A stretch of 64,000 bases of DNA. Origin: Macrostomum lignano. Lineage: Eukaryota. Positions 48,541 through 60,960 of the stretch are shown here, one piece after another. Under the pieces are notes generated by a model. The model had not been told where the DNA came from. It saw only the letters and a program-made list of their open reading frames with translations, and ran no database searches. Within the stretch, counting starts at the first letter, position 1. Each line of letters begins with the position of its first letter. Position numbers and translations under genes: made by a program. Location: positions 151,173-215,172 of the forward strand of contig NIVC01001994.1 of NCBI GenBank assembly GCA_002269645.1. Reading direction: 5' to 3'.

Positions 48541-49404
48541 CCATCTCATCATCACTTATTCCATCTTCCCATTAGTCTCCACTAATTTACCCGATCCCTG
48601 CAATCATTTTTTACTGAACACCCTCGTATAGCCACATCTGTTCCCAGAACGAGAGCTAGAAAAGTATCCACGCAACAGAAAACTTGTACTATTGCCGGTT
48701 TTCTCATTACCTAAAAACTTAACTAGAGGACATCCAAGGTGCGCTAAGCAGAGGAGCACTTAAGAGTGAGAAGAGAGAGTCAGTCCCTCGCTCAATCGCG
48801 CCACAAGGCCAAATGCAACCTCAGTCAGGCAACCCAACCAATCTTATTGTCGACAAAAATTCACTATATATACATGCAGTGGGGATTTTGGGATTATTAT
48901 TTCTCTACCTGGCGTTTCCAATTACACCACAGGCAGCCATGCTAGAGAGAGAGAGTGTGTGTGTGTGTTAGCCATCATCGTCTCTAATACTAGATGTTTC
49001 TCATTTCTCATTTCCCAGCTGGCCAGCTACTCGTTAGTTACAACCCCACACGATTGGCGATGCTTCATCTCTTTGCCCTGGGACCGCTCGTGTGGCCTGC
49101 ACCCTGCTAAACTCTCAGCGCTGCTGGGCCTTAACAGTAATTAACTTGGCGATAATGAAAACTGGAGTGACGAATGAGGGACACAAGCGGCCGACTGCAC
49201 CCAGGAGGCAGCCACCTGGCCCTACACAAGCTTCTGTACACCTGACTGACCTAAAATGAAAAACCAAAAATGCTAAAACACCGAAGCACGTGGGCTTAGT
49301 TTAGCTTAGTCCTAAATGGACAGTGAAAAGTGATGTAAAGTGAAATTTTTTATGACAATAAGTTACTCCACACATTTTTTCCAGACTGCACACAGCTCAC
49401 GAAA

Positions 49405-49574
49405 CAGGGACAGACAGGCAAACAGACAGGCAGACAGACAGGCAGACAGACAGGCAGACAGACAGACAGGCAGACAGACAGACAGACAGGCAGACAGACA
49501 GACAGACACGCAGACAGAAAGATCGACAGACAGACACTAAGACACATAGACAGACAGACAGACAGACAGACAGG

Positions 49575-49605
<31 letters not shown>

Positions 49606-49637
49606 GCAGACAGACAGACAGACAGACAAACAGACAA

Positions 49638-49669
<32 letters not shown>

Positions 49670-49794
49670 GCAGACAGACAGACAGACAGGCAGGCAGGCA
49701 GACAGACGGACAGACAGACAGACAGACAGGCAGACAGACAGACAGGCAGACAGACAGACAGACAGACAGGCAGACAGACAGACAGACAGGCAGG

Positions 49795-49825
<31 letters not shown>

Positions 49826-49876
49826 GCAGACAGACAGACAGACAGACAGGCAGACAGACAGACAGACAGACAGACC

Positions 49877-49920
<44 letters not shown>

Positions 49921-49967
49921 GGCAGACAGACAGACAGGCAGACAGACAGACAGACAGGCAGGCAGGC

Positions 49968-50004
<37 letters not shown>

Positions 50005-50090
50005 GGCAGACAGACAGACAGACAGACAGACAGACAGGAAGACAGACAGACAGACAGGCAGACAGACAGACAGACAGGCAGGCAGGCAGG

Positions 50091-50133
<43 letters not shown>

Positions 50134-50267
50134 GCAGACAGACAGACAGACAGACAGGCAGACAGACAGGCAGACAGACAGACAGACAGGCAGGCAGACA
50201 GACAGACAAACAGACAGACAGGCAGACAGACAGACAGACAGACAGACAAACAAACAGACAGGCAGGC

Positions 50268-50315
<48 letters not shown>
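49405..50315. repeat. (GACA)n microsatellite
   Basis: With GGCA/AACA variants. Confidence 0.95.
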
Positions 50316-50316
<1 letters not shown>

Positions 50317-51042
50317 TCATTTAGGGTTAGTTAGAGTGCGCACTCATGTATTGATGGAGTCACGAACCCCATCGTCAATAAGCTTCGAAATATTCCGCTT
50401 TTTTAAAAGACAAAACAGATTCTTTTGAGGCTGAAGCATGGGACCAACCGACCGCCAGCAAAATAAGGCAGGCAAAATGTTGTTTTTTAATAATTACTTG
50501 GAGATGGATTCTGCGGTTGATGTTAGTGTGGCACGATTCTACATGGTACTTGTAGAATTTTACTAACAGTAATAAACTACTTGCATCTAAGTGTAGGACT
50601 GATTATGGCGCGACTATAACCACTAATAAGAAAGATTAAAGAGACTCTGAAAACTCACGGAAATTCTGCTGCAGCAATAGTTAGTGAACGAGTCCAATCG
50701 TTTTAATTTTCAATAATAACTTGAATATGATATTTGTTTATTTAATGCCAAAAAGTTGTTAATATTTTTGAATTGTTTAATTAGCGAATAAAAACAGAAA
50801 AAACGAGTTGGAAATTTTTGAAAATTAAAGCCGTAACTTTTTTGTTACAATCGGTAGCTCGAGACAATATTCTTCGTTTAGTTTTGTTTAAATACGCTCG
50901 ATTTGATTCTGTGCCGGACTTCAAAAAAACGTGACGATTGTGACGTTAATAGTCTCTTCTTATTTTTATCTATCTTCGTTGGCGCCAGAAATCACGTGAC
51001 ACCAGACACAGCGAGGTCACGTGACAGAGCCGCGCTCGCTCT

Positions 51043-53759
51043 TCACTTTCGCATTCCCTCGGAGCCAAGGAAGCCGCTTTCAACGATGCGGCCAAATAGA
51101 GCATAGGTCTCCCTGTAGGCGTCCTCGGGCATGTTCTCGTACACGAGGTCCAGGACGCGGCCTTCGCGGGCGAACTCCATGACGCGAACCAGGGTCTCCT
51201 TCTGCGTCTCGGTCAGGTTCATCTTTTGGGCGTAGTCGGCGACGTTGCGCTCCTCTGCGGCGTTTGAGACGGTTGGCGATTTTTAAAACAGTCTGCGAGA
51301 CTTTTGATAAGGTCCTTTCATATCTTTAGAAATGTTTATAGGGATTTTCACAACAGTTTGGGATGCCATTTACATGTTGTAAGTTTGGGATTTTCGATTC
51401 AGTTCAAGGTTTTTTTTGAGATTTAGGGGGTTTGTGAGATTTAGGGGAGTTGTGAGATTTAGGGGATTTGTGAGATTTAGGGGATTTTTTAGAGATTTTG
51501 GGGGACTTTTTTTCGAGATTTAGAGGAATTTTTGAGATTTAAGGGATTTGTGAAATTTAAAGAATTTGTGATATTTAAGGAATTTGTGAGATTTAGGAGA
51601 TTTTTGAGATTTAGAGGACTTTTTTCCGAGATTTACGGGATTTGTGAGATTTAAGTGATTTTTTGAGATTAGTTCGGGATTTAAGAAATTGTACAAACTT
51701 TGTGCCAGTTTGGGATTTCGAACTCACCCGTGAGCAGCTTGGCGATCTGGTCAGGTGTTCCGTTGCCAAGGATTTTTGGGATCAGCCAGTCGTGGAATCG
51801 CATGATGAAGTGCTTCAGAATGATGCTGGCTGGGCGATCCTCTGGAAGGTTTAAGAGGAAAAAATGGTTGTAATAGCAACTAAGTGCAGATGAGTTTTGT
51901 GCGCTGCCGCAAATCAAAGGCGACGGCCGTCCCAGCAGCCAGCAAGAAGGCCAGCAGGCAGTCATGCCCATTCCGTCGATGCCTGAGCACACGCTCACAC
52001 AGGGTGCACAGCAGCCAATTGATTTTCTCAAAGCAGAGCAAAGTTTACCGATATGTAGAGTAGAAAACTCTGACTGAAGACTGAAATTCTCAACAATTTC
52101 TCCTTGTGAGCTGTGGCATCTCACCCTGTGAGCTGTGGCATCTCACCCTGTGAGCTGTGGCATCTCACCCTGTGAGCTGTGGCATCTCACCCTGTGAGCT
52201 GTGGCATCTCACCCTGTGAGCTGTGGCATCTCACCCTGTGAGCTGTGGCATCTCACCCTGTGAGCTGTGGCATCTCACCCTGTGAGCTGTGGCATCTCAC
52301 CCTGTGAGCTGTGGCATCTCACCCTGTGAGCTGTGGCATCTCACCCTGTGAGCTGTGGCATCTCACCCTGTGAGCTGTGGAATCTCACCCTGTGAGCTGT
52401 GGCATCTCACCCTGTGAGCTGTGGCATCTCACCCTGTGAGCTGTGGCATCTCACCCTGTGAGCTGTGGCATCTCACCCTGTGAGCTGTGGCATCTCACCC
52501 TGTGAGCTGTGGCATCTCACCCTGTGAGCTGTGGCATCTCACCCTGTGAGCTGTGGCATCTCACCCTGTGAGCTGTGGCATCTCACCCTGTGAGCTGTGG
52601 CATCTTACCCTGTGAGCTGTGGCATCTCACCCTGTGAGCTGTGGCATTTCACGCTGTGAGCTGTGGCATCTCACCCTGTGAGTTGTGGCATCAATTTCCT
52701 ATAACTGGAATAGCAATGGCTGTCCCTCTGCACCTTTAACTGCAATCGATACACCTTGCCGTGGAAGGACCATAAAAAAAGCAAAAAGGAATTTGAGACG
52801 CAATACGAGGCACCTATTAGAAATAAGTTCTTATTATATAAGAAATAAGAGGAGAGATAAAGGCAGAGAGGCAGAGAGGAAGGGATAGAGGCGGAGAGCA
52901 AGAGAGAGAGACAGAGAGGACACAGAGAGGCGGAGAGGAATAGAGAGAGAGACAGAGAGGACACAGAGAGGCGGAGAGGAAGGGAGAGAGGCGGAGAGGA
53001 AGGGAGAGAGGCAGAGAGGAAGGGAGAGAGGCAGAGAGGAAAGGAGAGAGGCGGAGAGGAAGGGAGAGAGGCGGAGAGGAAAGGAGAGAGGCAGAGAGGA
53101 AGGGAGAGAGGCGGAGAGGAAGGGAGAGAGGCGGAGAGGAAGGGAGAGAGGCGGAGAGGAAGGGAGAGAGGCACAGAGGAAGGGAGAGAGGCACAGAGGA
53201 AGGGAGAGAGGCGGAGAGGAAGGGAGAGAGGCGGAGAGGAAGGGTGAGAGGCGGAGCGGAAGTGAGATGTAGGAAATGTGACAAAATGAATTTAGTATTG
53301 ACGCCTAAAATATTGAAAATGCTTTGATTCAAATTTGGGAGACAATTTGACAGGTGCCAAGCCAATAAACGCAATTTATTTTAATTCAATTACTGGGCAG
53401 ACTAGTTGGAGTGCTACAGTTCATCTTGCATTCACTGCTCCCTGCCTCTCTACCTTCTGCCCTTTTTCCCATTTGAACCTTTCGAGCTACCTCGTGAAAA
53501 ATGGAAAAAAATCTTTAGAATTGAGTAGCAAATTCTGAGCTTGCCAAAAACTTGTTCTACTGAAAAATCTAGCTTACTTGAGGCATGATGTAGACTGTAT
53601 TTATTATAGAGTTTTGCAGTTAGTCTTTCAAAGCCAAAATATTAGTTCGATTGGCAATCAGTATAATTTGTTTCTAAGTTGTTTTCGCTGCATATCGGAT
53701 ATTGGCTCGTATGCAACAGACAAGCAAACAGACAGACCGACAGACAGACACTAAGACAC

Positions 53760-53806
<47 letters not shown>

Positions 53807-53885
53807 GGCGGGCAGACAGACAGGCGGGCAGACAGACAGACAGACAGGCAGGCAGACAGACAGACAGACGAACAGGCAGACAGGC

Positions 53886-53922
<37 letters not shown>

Positions 53923-53949
53923 GGCAGACAGACAGGCAGACAGACAGGC

Positions 53950-54006
<57 letters not shown>

Positions 54007-54085
54007 GGCGGGCAGACAGACAGGCGGGCAGACAGACAGACAGACAGGCAGGCAGACAGACAGACAGACGAACAGGCAGACAGGC

Positions 54086-54130
<45 letters not shown>

Positions 54131-54157
54131 GGCAGACAGACAGGCAGACAGACAGGC

Positions 54158-54208
<51 letters not shown>

Positions 54209-54233
54209 TAGGCAGACAGACAGGCAGGCAGGC

Positions 54234-54270
<37 letters not shown>

Positions 54271-54305
54271 GGCAGACAGACAGACAGACAGACAGACAGA
54301 CAGGC

Positions 54306-54362
<57 letters not shown>

Positions 54363-54579
54363 GGCAGACAGACAGGCAGACAGACAGACAGACAGACAGT
54401 ATGTAGGATGTAGACTGTATTTATTATAGAGTTTTGCAGTTAGTCTTTCAAAGCCAAAATATTAGTTCGATTGGCAATCAGTATAATTTGTTTCTAAGTT
54501 GTTTTCGCTGCATATCGGATATTGGCTCGTATGCAACAGACAAGCAAACAGACAGACCGACAGACAGACACTAAGACAC

Positions 54580-54626
<47 letters not shown>

Positions 54627-54681
54627 GGCGGGCAGACAGACAGGCGGGCAGACAGACAGACAGACGAACAGGCAGACAGGC

Positions 54682-54720
<39 letters not shown>

Positions 54721-57700
54721 TAGGCAGACAGACAGGCAGGCAGACAGACAGACAGACAGACAGGCACTCACTGGCAATGCACAGCGCCTTGTCCTCATCG
54801 TATCCGTCGATGCAGTCCTTCCGCCCGTCGCAGATGAAGGCAAACGACAGGCACTGGCCGCTCTTGCAAGGCCAGGGGCGCTCTTGGGACAGTCGTTGCC
54901 CACGATGGGACCTGTTTGAGTGGTTCGGGTTGGATTAACTAACTGAAGATTCTTTAGAGTTTTATGTGCTCGTAGAGATGGTGAGATAGGGATGGAGAGA
55001 CAGGGATGGGGAGACAGGGATGGGGAAACAGGGATGGGGAGACAGGGATGGGGAGACAGGGATGGGGAAACAGGGATGGGAGACAGGGATGGGGAGACAG
55101 GGATGGGGAGACAGGGATGGGGAGACAGGGATGGGGAGACAACAGTACAGAAATAGCCAGTAAATATTATATGCAAGAACACGCAGGGCTTGAAGAAAAG
55201 CAGCTTAAATTCTTTATTTACAAAGTAAAGAAGCGAGTAGATTGAGTAAAAATTCAAACTAATCGCAGGCTATCATCAAATGTTGTTGATGTCTGAAGCA
55301 AGAATAGGCTACGTGGTTTTGCATAACAGCTGTTCACTGATAGATACAGGTTGTTATAGATAGGTATATACAGCTAAGGAAGGGCTGCATAACAAACACT
55401 AGGTTTCCAAGACGTGATTGACACTTAATACATAGGCACAATTTTCATCTAAGCAGAAAGCTTGTACAAATACAGATTCTTCAATTTGTATTCAAGGTGG
55501 CTGCGTCGAGAGAATAAGTTAGCAGAAAAAGCGCTCACGCGTTGAGGCGCTGTCGCCATCGGCTGAATAGATAACAGGTAATAAAACGAGATGAAGGTGT
55601 CAATCATGCCGCTATTAAGAGTCAGGGACAGATGACGATTATACAGTCAGGGCCGATGTACACCCTGCATGAGCGAGTGCATGAGTGCTGTGCCTGCGTG
55701 CAGTATTGGCGCGCTTGTGTGTGTGCTCAGGGGCCCGTGCTATAGAATCAGGAGTTAAGAGTTAGGAGCTAGGACTCAAGAGTACTCTTGACAAGGAGTG
55801 ATTGAATTTTGTGTGCTATAGAATCAGGAGTTAGGAGCTAGGAGCTAGGAGTTCTTGCAAGGAGTGCAGCCTAGGAGTGGGGGTGTGTTCAAGGAGTGTT
55901 GCGCAATCGTTTAAGGATGATAGAGAATTGTGTGCTATATCACAATCCTAACTTTACGGTCCTTAAGAATTGAATCTCAGGAGTGAAAATGCAAATTGCT
56001 CAAAAAATATCATTTGTGAGAGCCGTCGCTGCACGCAAAGAGGTTCTCTTTGGTGCGTTTAGTATAACCATAACTAAGAATGCGAAGATGTGGCAAGACG
56101 TGATATTGGAATGCCGTGAAAAGTTTGGCTTTGACCCAACTCCGCAAGGAAAGGGTCTATCATTGACTCCTTCCTCATCAGAATCCGATTCGCTGTTCGA
56201 AAACATTATAATCCTAGCTTGTCTAAGATTGAAAATTGGCCCTTGAACTCTTGCTTAGGAGTCAAGAGTTAGGAGCGAAATTTTCTCATTCTATAGGACA
56301 CACGCTCCTAGAATCACTCGTAAAAGCCAACTCCTAGCTCCTAGCTCCTAGACTTCCTCTCCTAATTCTATAGCATGCCACGGACCTTAATGAGTTCTCC
56401 TAAATTCACCCAAGAGTCTCCTAACGTCCTTAAGGAGCCTCCTAGCTCTTGAAATTTACTCTTGATTCTATAGCACAGAAAAGCCAGCTAGGAGCTAGGA
56501 GTTAGGACACTCTTAAGGATTTAGGAGTTAAGAGTATTCTATAGCACGGGCCCCAGGAGTAAGCGGAATGGGCAGAATTGCCTCAGCGCTGAAGAATTTC
56601 GGAACGATGTCGCCGAAGGCCTCCTGCTGATATCTTTCATAGCGAATGAGAGAGAGAGAGCTGGATGCGTTACCACTCAGCTGTAGATAATCTGTCGTTT
56701 GAGAGGCTTATAGGCCTAATAAATGTATAGCTAAATGTACGACTATATCTAAGCCTTCAGCTGAGCATGAAACACATCATTTTACACCTGTTGTGGAGAA
56801 TGTCCATGCAAAGGAAAGATTATTTAGTAGATTCTCTGCATTCCAGTTCATCGGAGCGGCAGTCGGATAAAAAGGGATTACAAGTGCTTTTCTGTCAGAT
56901 AATTATAGTAACGAAAATTAATCCAGAAATTTCCAGATGCAGATACCTGACTCACCAGGAGCGACGACGGCAGAACCTGAAAATTTATCAGAATTTTTGC
57001 AAATTTAACTCTGTGAATTCTACTGTCGGTGTGAGGGGAATTCTACTGTCGGTGCGAGGCGAATTCTACTGTCGGTGTGAGGGGAGTTCTACTGTCGGTG
57101 TGAGGGGAGTTCTACTGTCGGTGTGAGGGGAATTCTACTGTAGATATGAGGGGAGTTCTACTGTCGATATGAGGGGAGTTCTACTGTCGGGGTGAGGGGA
57201 ATTATACTGTCGGTGTGAGGGGAATTCTACTGTCAGGGTGAGGGAATTCTACTGTCGGTGTGAGGGGAATTCTACTGTCGGTGTGAGGGGAGTTCTACTG
57301 TCGGTGTGAGGGGAATTCTACTGTCGGTGTGAGGGGAATTCTACTGTCGGTGTGAGGGGAATTCTACTGTCGATATGAGGGGAGTTCTACTGTCGGTGTG
57401 AGGGGAATTCTACTGTCGGGGTGAGGGGAATTCTACTGTCGGGTGAGGGGAGTTCTACTGTCGGTGTGAGGGGAATTCTACTGTCGATATGAGGGGAGTT
57501 CTACTGTCGATATGAGGGGAGTTCTACTGTCGGTGTGAGGGGAATTCTACTGTCGGGGTGAGGGGAGTTCTACTGTCGGGGTGAGGGGAATTCTACTGTC
57601 GGTGTGAGGGGAATTCTACTGTCGGTATGAGGGGAATTCTACTGTCGGTATGAGAGGTATTCTACTTTACTTTATACTGTAGATATGGGAATTCGACTGT

Positions 57701-57936
57701 TGTAGGTATGAGGATACTGCTCAATCGAAAACGAAAACTTCAGTGTAAACAAGCACTGTACCTCCCGCCTGCGGCATACCGTAGCAACAACCGGCGTTGC
57801 CAAGCAACAAAACAGCCGGAAGCAGAGCAAACAGCGGATGATCTGCAAATGATATTGGAAACGATATTTTCAACTGGTTTTGTTTTCAATATCCCAGTCT
57901 TTACTCACAATTCACAAACACAAAATCGGATAGCAT
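51043..57936 (-). CDS. Prohormone-4 / IDLSRF-like family secreted protein (signal peptide + LDLa + helical domain), ~185 aa; apparent 1-nt frameshift in exon 3
   Basis: Exons 57936-57909, 57842-57780, 54911-54772, 51841-51728, 51254-51043: [88 protein letters not shown]...[20 protein letters not shown]...[17 protein letters not shown]. LDLa followed by KxRP and terminal (I/L)VxxGFL matches arthropod prohormone-4 as I recall it. Exon sum is 557 nt, one short of a multiple of 3. Confidence 0.78.
52105..52690. repeat. 22-bp near-perfect minisatellite, ~27 copies
   Basis: TGTGAGCTGTGGCATCTCACCC. Confidence 0.95.
52850..53260. repeat. 20-bp purine-rich minisatellite
   Basis: GAGAGGCGGAGAGGAAGGGA. 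Confidence 0.9.
53588..54765. repeat. Tandem duplication of ~170-bp unique sequence plus (GACA)n
   Basis: Identical unique block starting ATGTAGACTGTATTTATT at 53588 and 54408 (period 820 bp). Confidence 0.85.
55640..56600 (+). mobile_element. Diverged copy of the 11381-11743 SINE, split by the Harbinger element
   Basis: AGGGCCGATGTACAC...GCGCGCTTGT...GCTCAG|GAGTAAGCGGAATGGGCAG matches the SINE segment AGGGCCGCTGTACAC...GCGCGCTTGT...GCTCAGGGGAGTCGGCGGAATGGGCAG. Further fragments near 39410-39470 (-) and 46540-46625 (+). Confidence 0.7.
55731..56553 (+). mobile_element. Internally deleted PIF/Harbinger element with Myb/SANT-like ORF remnant
   Basis: Perfect TIR GGGCCCGTGCTATAGAAT; 3-bp TSD CAG on both sides; subterminal (C/T)TAGGAG repeats; ORF 55983-56246 [37 protein letters not shown] resembles Harbinger Myb/SANT proteins. 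Confidence 0.8.
57015..57690. repeat. 23-bp minisatellite
   Basis: CTACTGTCGGTGTGAGGGGAATT. Confidence 0.9.
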
Positions 57937-58294
57937 AAACGAAGATTTATATTGAGCTGCCAGGGGACTGCAATCCAAACCGAAAATCCTTCCCTGCATT
58001 GTCATCAACTATTCGGCAACACAGGGATTAGCTGTATTGTTTGCATTGTTAATCAGTCCGGACATATTGGGATATCGGTTTACAAGCTGAACCAAGACTC
58101 TAAGGAGAGGAATTGCGCCTAAAGCATCTCAGATAACTTCGAAGATAAAAAGAAGTGGTTAATACCCATTGATCTGCTGCTGCTGATGATGTTATGCTGT
58201 TGAAATTTGATATTGGCTCCCTTTTTTGTTATTCCGTGTGTTTAACAGTTTCTTTTCTAAGAAAATATTTTTGAGCATTTAGCATCTTTTGGGC

Positions 58295-58630
58295 TAGCTG
58301 TCACTAGCTGTCATTGTCTGTCTCTAGCTGTCATTAGCTGTCACTAGCTGTCATTGTCTGTCACTAGCTGTCATTGTCTGTCACTAGCTGTCATTGGCTG
58401 TCACTAGCTGCGATTGGCTGTCACTAGCTGCGATTGGCTGTCACTAGCTGTCATTGGCTGTCACTAGCTGTCATTGGCTGTCTCTAGCTGTCATTGGCTG
58501 TCACTAGCTGTCATTGGCTGTCACTAGCTGTCATTGGCTGTCACTAGCTGTCATTGGCTGTCACTAGCTGTCATTGGCTGTCACTAGCTGTCATTGGCTG
58601 TCACTAGTTGTCATTGGCTGTCTCTAGCTG
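58295..58630. repeat. 20-bp minisatellite
   Basis: GCTGTCACTAGCTGTCATTG. Confidence 0.9.
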
Positions 58631-59184
58631 GCAATGTCAATTTTTTTCTTCGTTTTTTCTGAGACGATGAGAAGTTCTAAGAAAATCAATGAGGTCATGA
58701 CTGTAATATAGAAGTATAATTAATTGCCAATGCTCGTAAAAATCGATTGATGCTTTTTGTGAGTTTTAAATTTTTAATGATATTTTTATAACACGATAAA
58801 CCGGTTTGTCCGCAATGTGGAACTGATAGAAAACCCCTGCTTTGCATAAAGATAGCGAGAGCGAGCTAAGCCTGACCCATGACCAAATGCATATCTGTTG
58901 TATAGTTAGTGCATTCTGTACGCTCGCTAGAGATACTATATTACCTAGATATGTCACAGAACCATTCACTAAAAATTTATTCAGCCCGAAAACCCCGGGT
59001 TAGGGCCACAGACAGACAGACACAGACAGATGCTGCTAGTAATAATATTTGATTACACCTGACTCAATTGGAGCAGATGTGCAACCGACAGCTCAGCCGC
59101 AGCTATTGCGCGGCGCATCTGAAGGGTGCATACGGCTGTTCAGTCCAGGGACTGGGGGGGGGGGTTGTCACACACACACCCTCA

Positions 59185-59345
59185 ATTACCCCAGCTAATG
59201 CTGGCACCCATTTTACAGCTGGGTGAACTGAAGCAATGCAGGGTTAAGTGTCTTGCTCAAAGACACGAATCGTTCCAGTCCAGTGGGATCGGGACCCAAT
59301 GCTTGAGAGCAGCAGAGGCTATAGTCTATGGTCCGGCGGCTGGAG
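59185..59345 (-). mobile_element. CORE-SINE-like element
   Basis: CCCATTTTACAGCTGGGTGAACTGAAGCAATGCAGGGTTAAGTGTCTTGCTCAAAGACAC (59207-59266) parallels the reverse strand of the MIR/CORE domain as I recall it; degenerate B-box-like GGGTCCCGATCCC upstream on the minus strand. Confidence 0.6.
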
Positions 59346-59379
59346 TGGCCCATCTTAGGGGTACAGATGACAGCTAAAA

Positions 59380-59451
59380 GGTTGTAGCCTAGTGGTCAGA
59401 GAGATCGGAATCACGACTTGAAGGTCGGGGGTCCGATTCCCGATCCCCACT
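59380..59451 (+). pseudogene. tRNA-derived SINE head or tRNA pseudogene
   Basis: A box TAGCCTAGTGG and altered B box GGTCCGATTCCC; acceptor stem does not pair. Confidence 0.5.
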
Positions 59452-60059
59452 GGAACAATTTGTTACCTCGAGCCAGCTGATTTATAATAAAATCTACTTT
59501 TATTCAGAGTCCCTCTACTACTGCAGTTGTCTATCGATATGCCTGACCACTAGCACCATAACTCAATAACTAGCTGTACGTCACCAGAATCACCCAAAAA
59601 AACTATACGCGATCTATAGTGTAATAAGATACATAGATAACACACAGGGAAACTGCAGAGATCCGACACAGTGACTCTCCTCTTGGTTGGCATAAATAAT
59701 TCAACGCTCATATAGTGAGTGTGGGAAGTGCGCCATAGCCTGAGCTGCATGTAAAGAAATAAAAAAGCAAAAGAAAAGCCAATACGTTACGCTATGCGGT
59801 ACTTCAAAGGGCATTTTCTCATTAGCAAAGTTTTCCTGCGCCATTGTGGAGCTGAAACATCTGACTATTGATTATCCTGTAACAATAAAACATTTTTTTT
59901 TATTGAAATCTGAATCTGAATCTAGCTAATTCGAGAGATTGGAAAAATGTTATTGACTGAAGAAACATCAATAAAATGTATAACTTCGCAGTAAAATTGT
60001 AGTCTACTTTATTTAATTGAAGTTCGAGTTTCTGGATATCACTCCCAAAAAGTTAGGGG

Positions 60060-60960
60060 TCCAGTGCGTCACTCTAAGGTAGGGGTGCCTGTGCGTCACT
60101 CTAAGGTAGGGGTGCCTGTGCGTCACTCTAAGGTAGGGGTGCCTGTGCGTCACTCTAAGGTAGGGGTGCCTGTGCGTCACTCAAGGTAGGGGTGCCAGTG
60201 CGTCACTCTAAGGCATGGGTGCCAGTGCGTCACTCTAAGGTAGGGGTGCCTGTGCGTCACTCTAAGGTAGGGGTGCCTGTGCGTCACTCTACGGTAGGGG
60301 TGCCTGTGCGTCACTCTAAGGTAGGGGTGCCTGTGCGTCACTCTAAGGTAGGGGTGCCTGTGCGTCACTCTAAGGTAGGGGTGCCTGTGCGTCACTCAAG
60401 GTAGGGGTGCCAGTGCGTCACTCTAAGGCATGGGTGCCAGTGCGTCACTCTAAGGTAGGGGTGCCTGTGCGTCACTCTAAGGTAGGGGTGCCTGTGCGTC
60501 ACTCTACGGTAGGGGTGCCTGTGCGTCACTCTAAGGTAGGGGTGCCTGTGCGTCACTCTAAGGTAGGGGTGCCTGTGCGTCACTCTAAGGTAGGGGTGCC
60601 AGTGCGTCACTCTAAGGTAGGGGTGCCTGTGCGTCACTCTAAGGTAGGGGTGCCTGTGCGTCACTCTAGGTAGGGGTGCCTGTGCGTCACTCTAAGGTAG
60701 GGGTGCCTGTGCGTCACTCTAAGGTAGGGGTGCCTGTGCGTCACTCTAAGGTAGGGGTGCCAGTGCGTCACTCTAAGGCATGGGTGCCAGTGCGTCACTC
60801 TAAGGTAGGGTGCCTGTGCGTCACTCTAAGGTAGGGTGCCTGTGCGTCACTCTAAGGTAGGGGTGCCTGTGCGTCACTCTAAGGTAGGGGTGCCTGTGCG
60901 TCACTCTAAGGTAGGGGTGCCAGTGCGTCACTCTAAGGTAGGGGTGCAGTGCGTCACTTT
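60060..60960. repeat. 27-bp minisatellite, ~33 copies, with 215-bp higher-order period
   Basis: GTGCGTCACTCTAAGGTAGGGGTGCCT; variant units recur in the same order. Confidence 0.9.

Noticed and set aside
47525-48631. 270-370-aa Leu/Ser/Pro or Arg/Glu/Gly ORFs
   Set aside because: Products of the CT-rich tract.
51415-51690. TTTAGGG-containing degenerate repeat as an interstitial telomere
   Set aside because: Motif is embedded in ~18-bp degenerate units, not a tandem telomeric tract.
58720-59055. Possible Helitron/Helentron-like non-autonomous end (short GACA run then AT-rich tail)
   Set aside because: Only a loose resemblance; no clear terminal hairpin or matching 5' end found.
59380-59451. 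Functional tRNA gene
   Set aside because: Altered T-loop/B box and unpaired acceptor stem; kept only as a pseudogene or SINE head.
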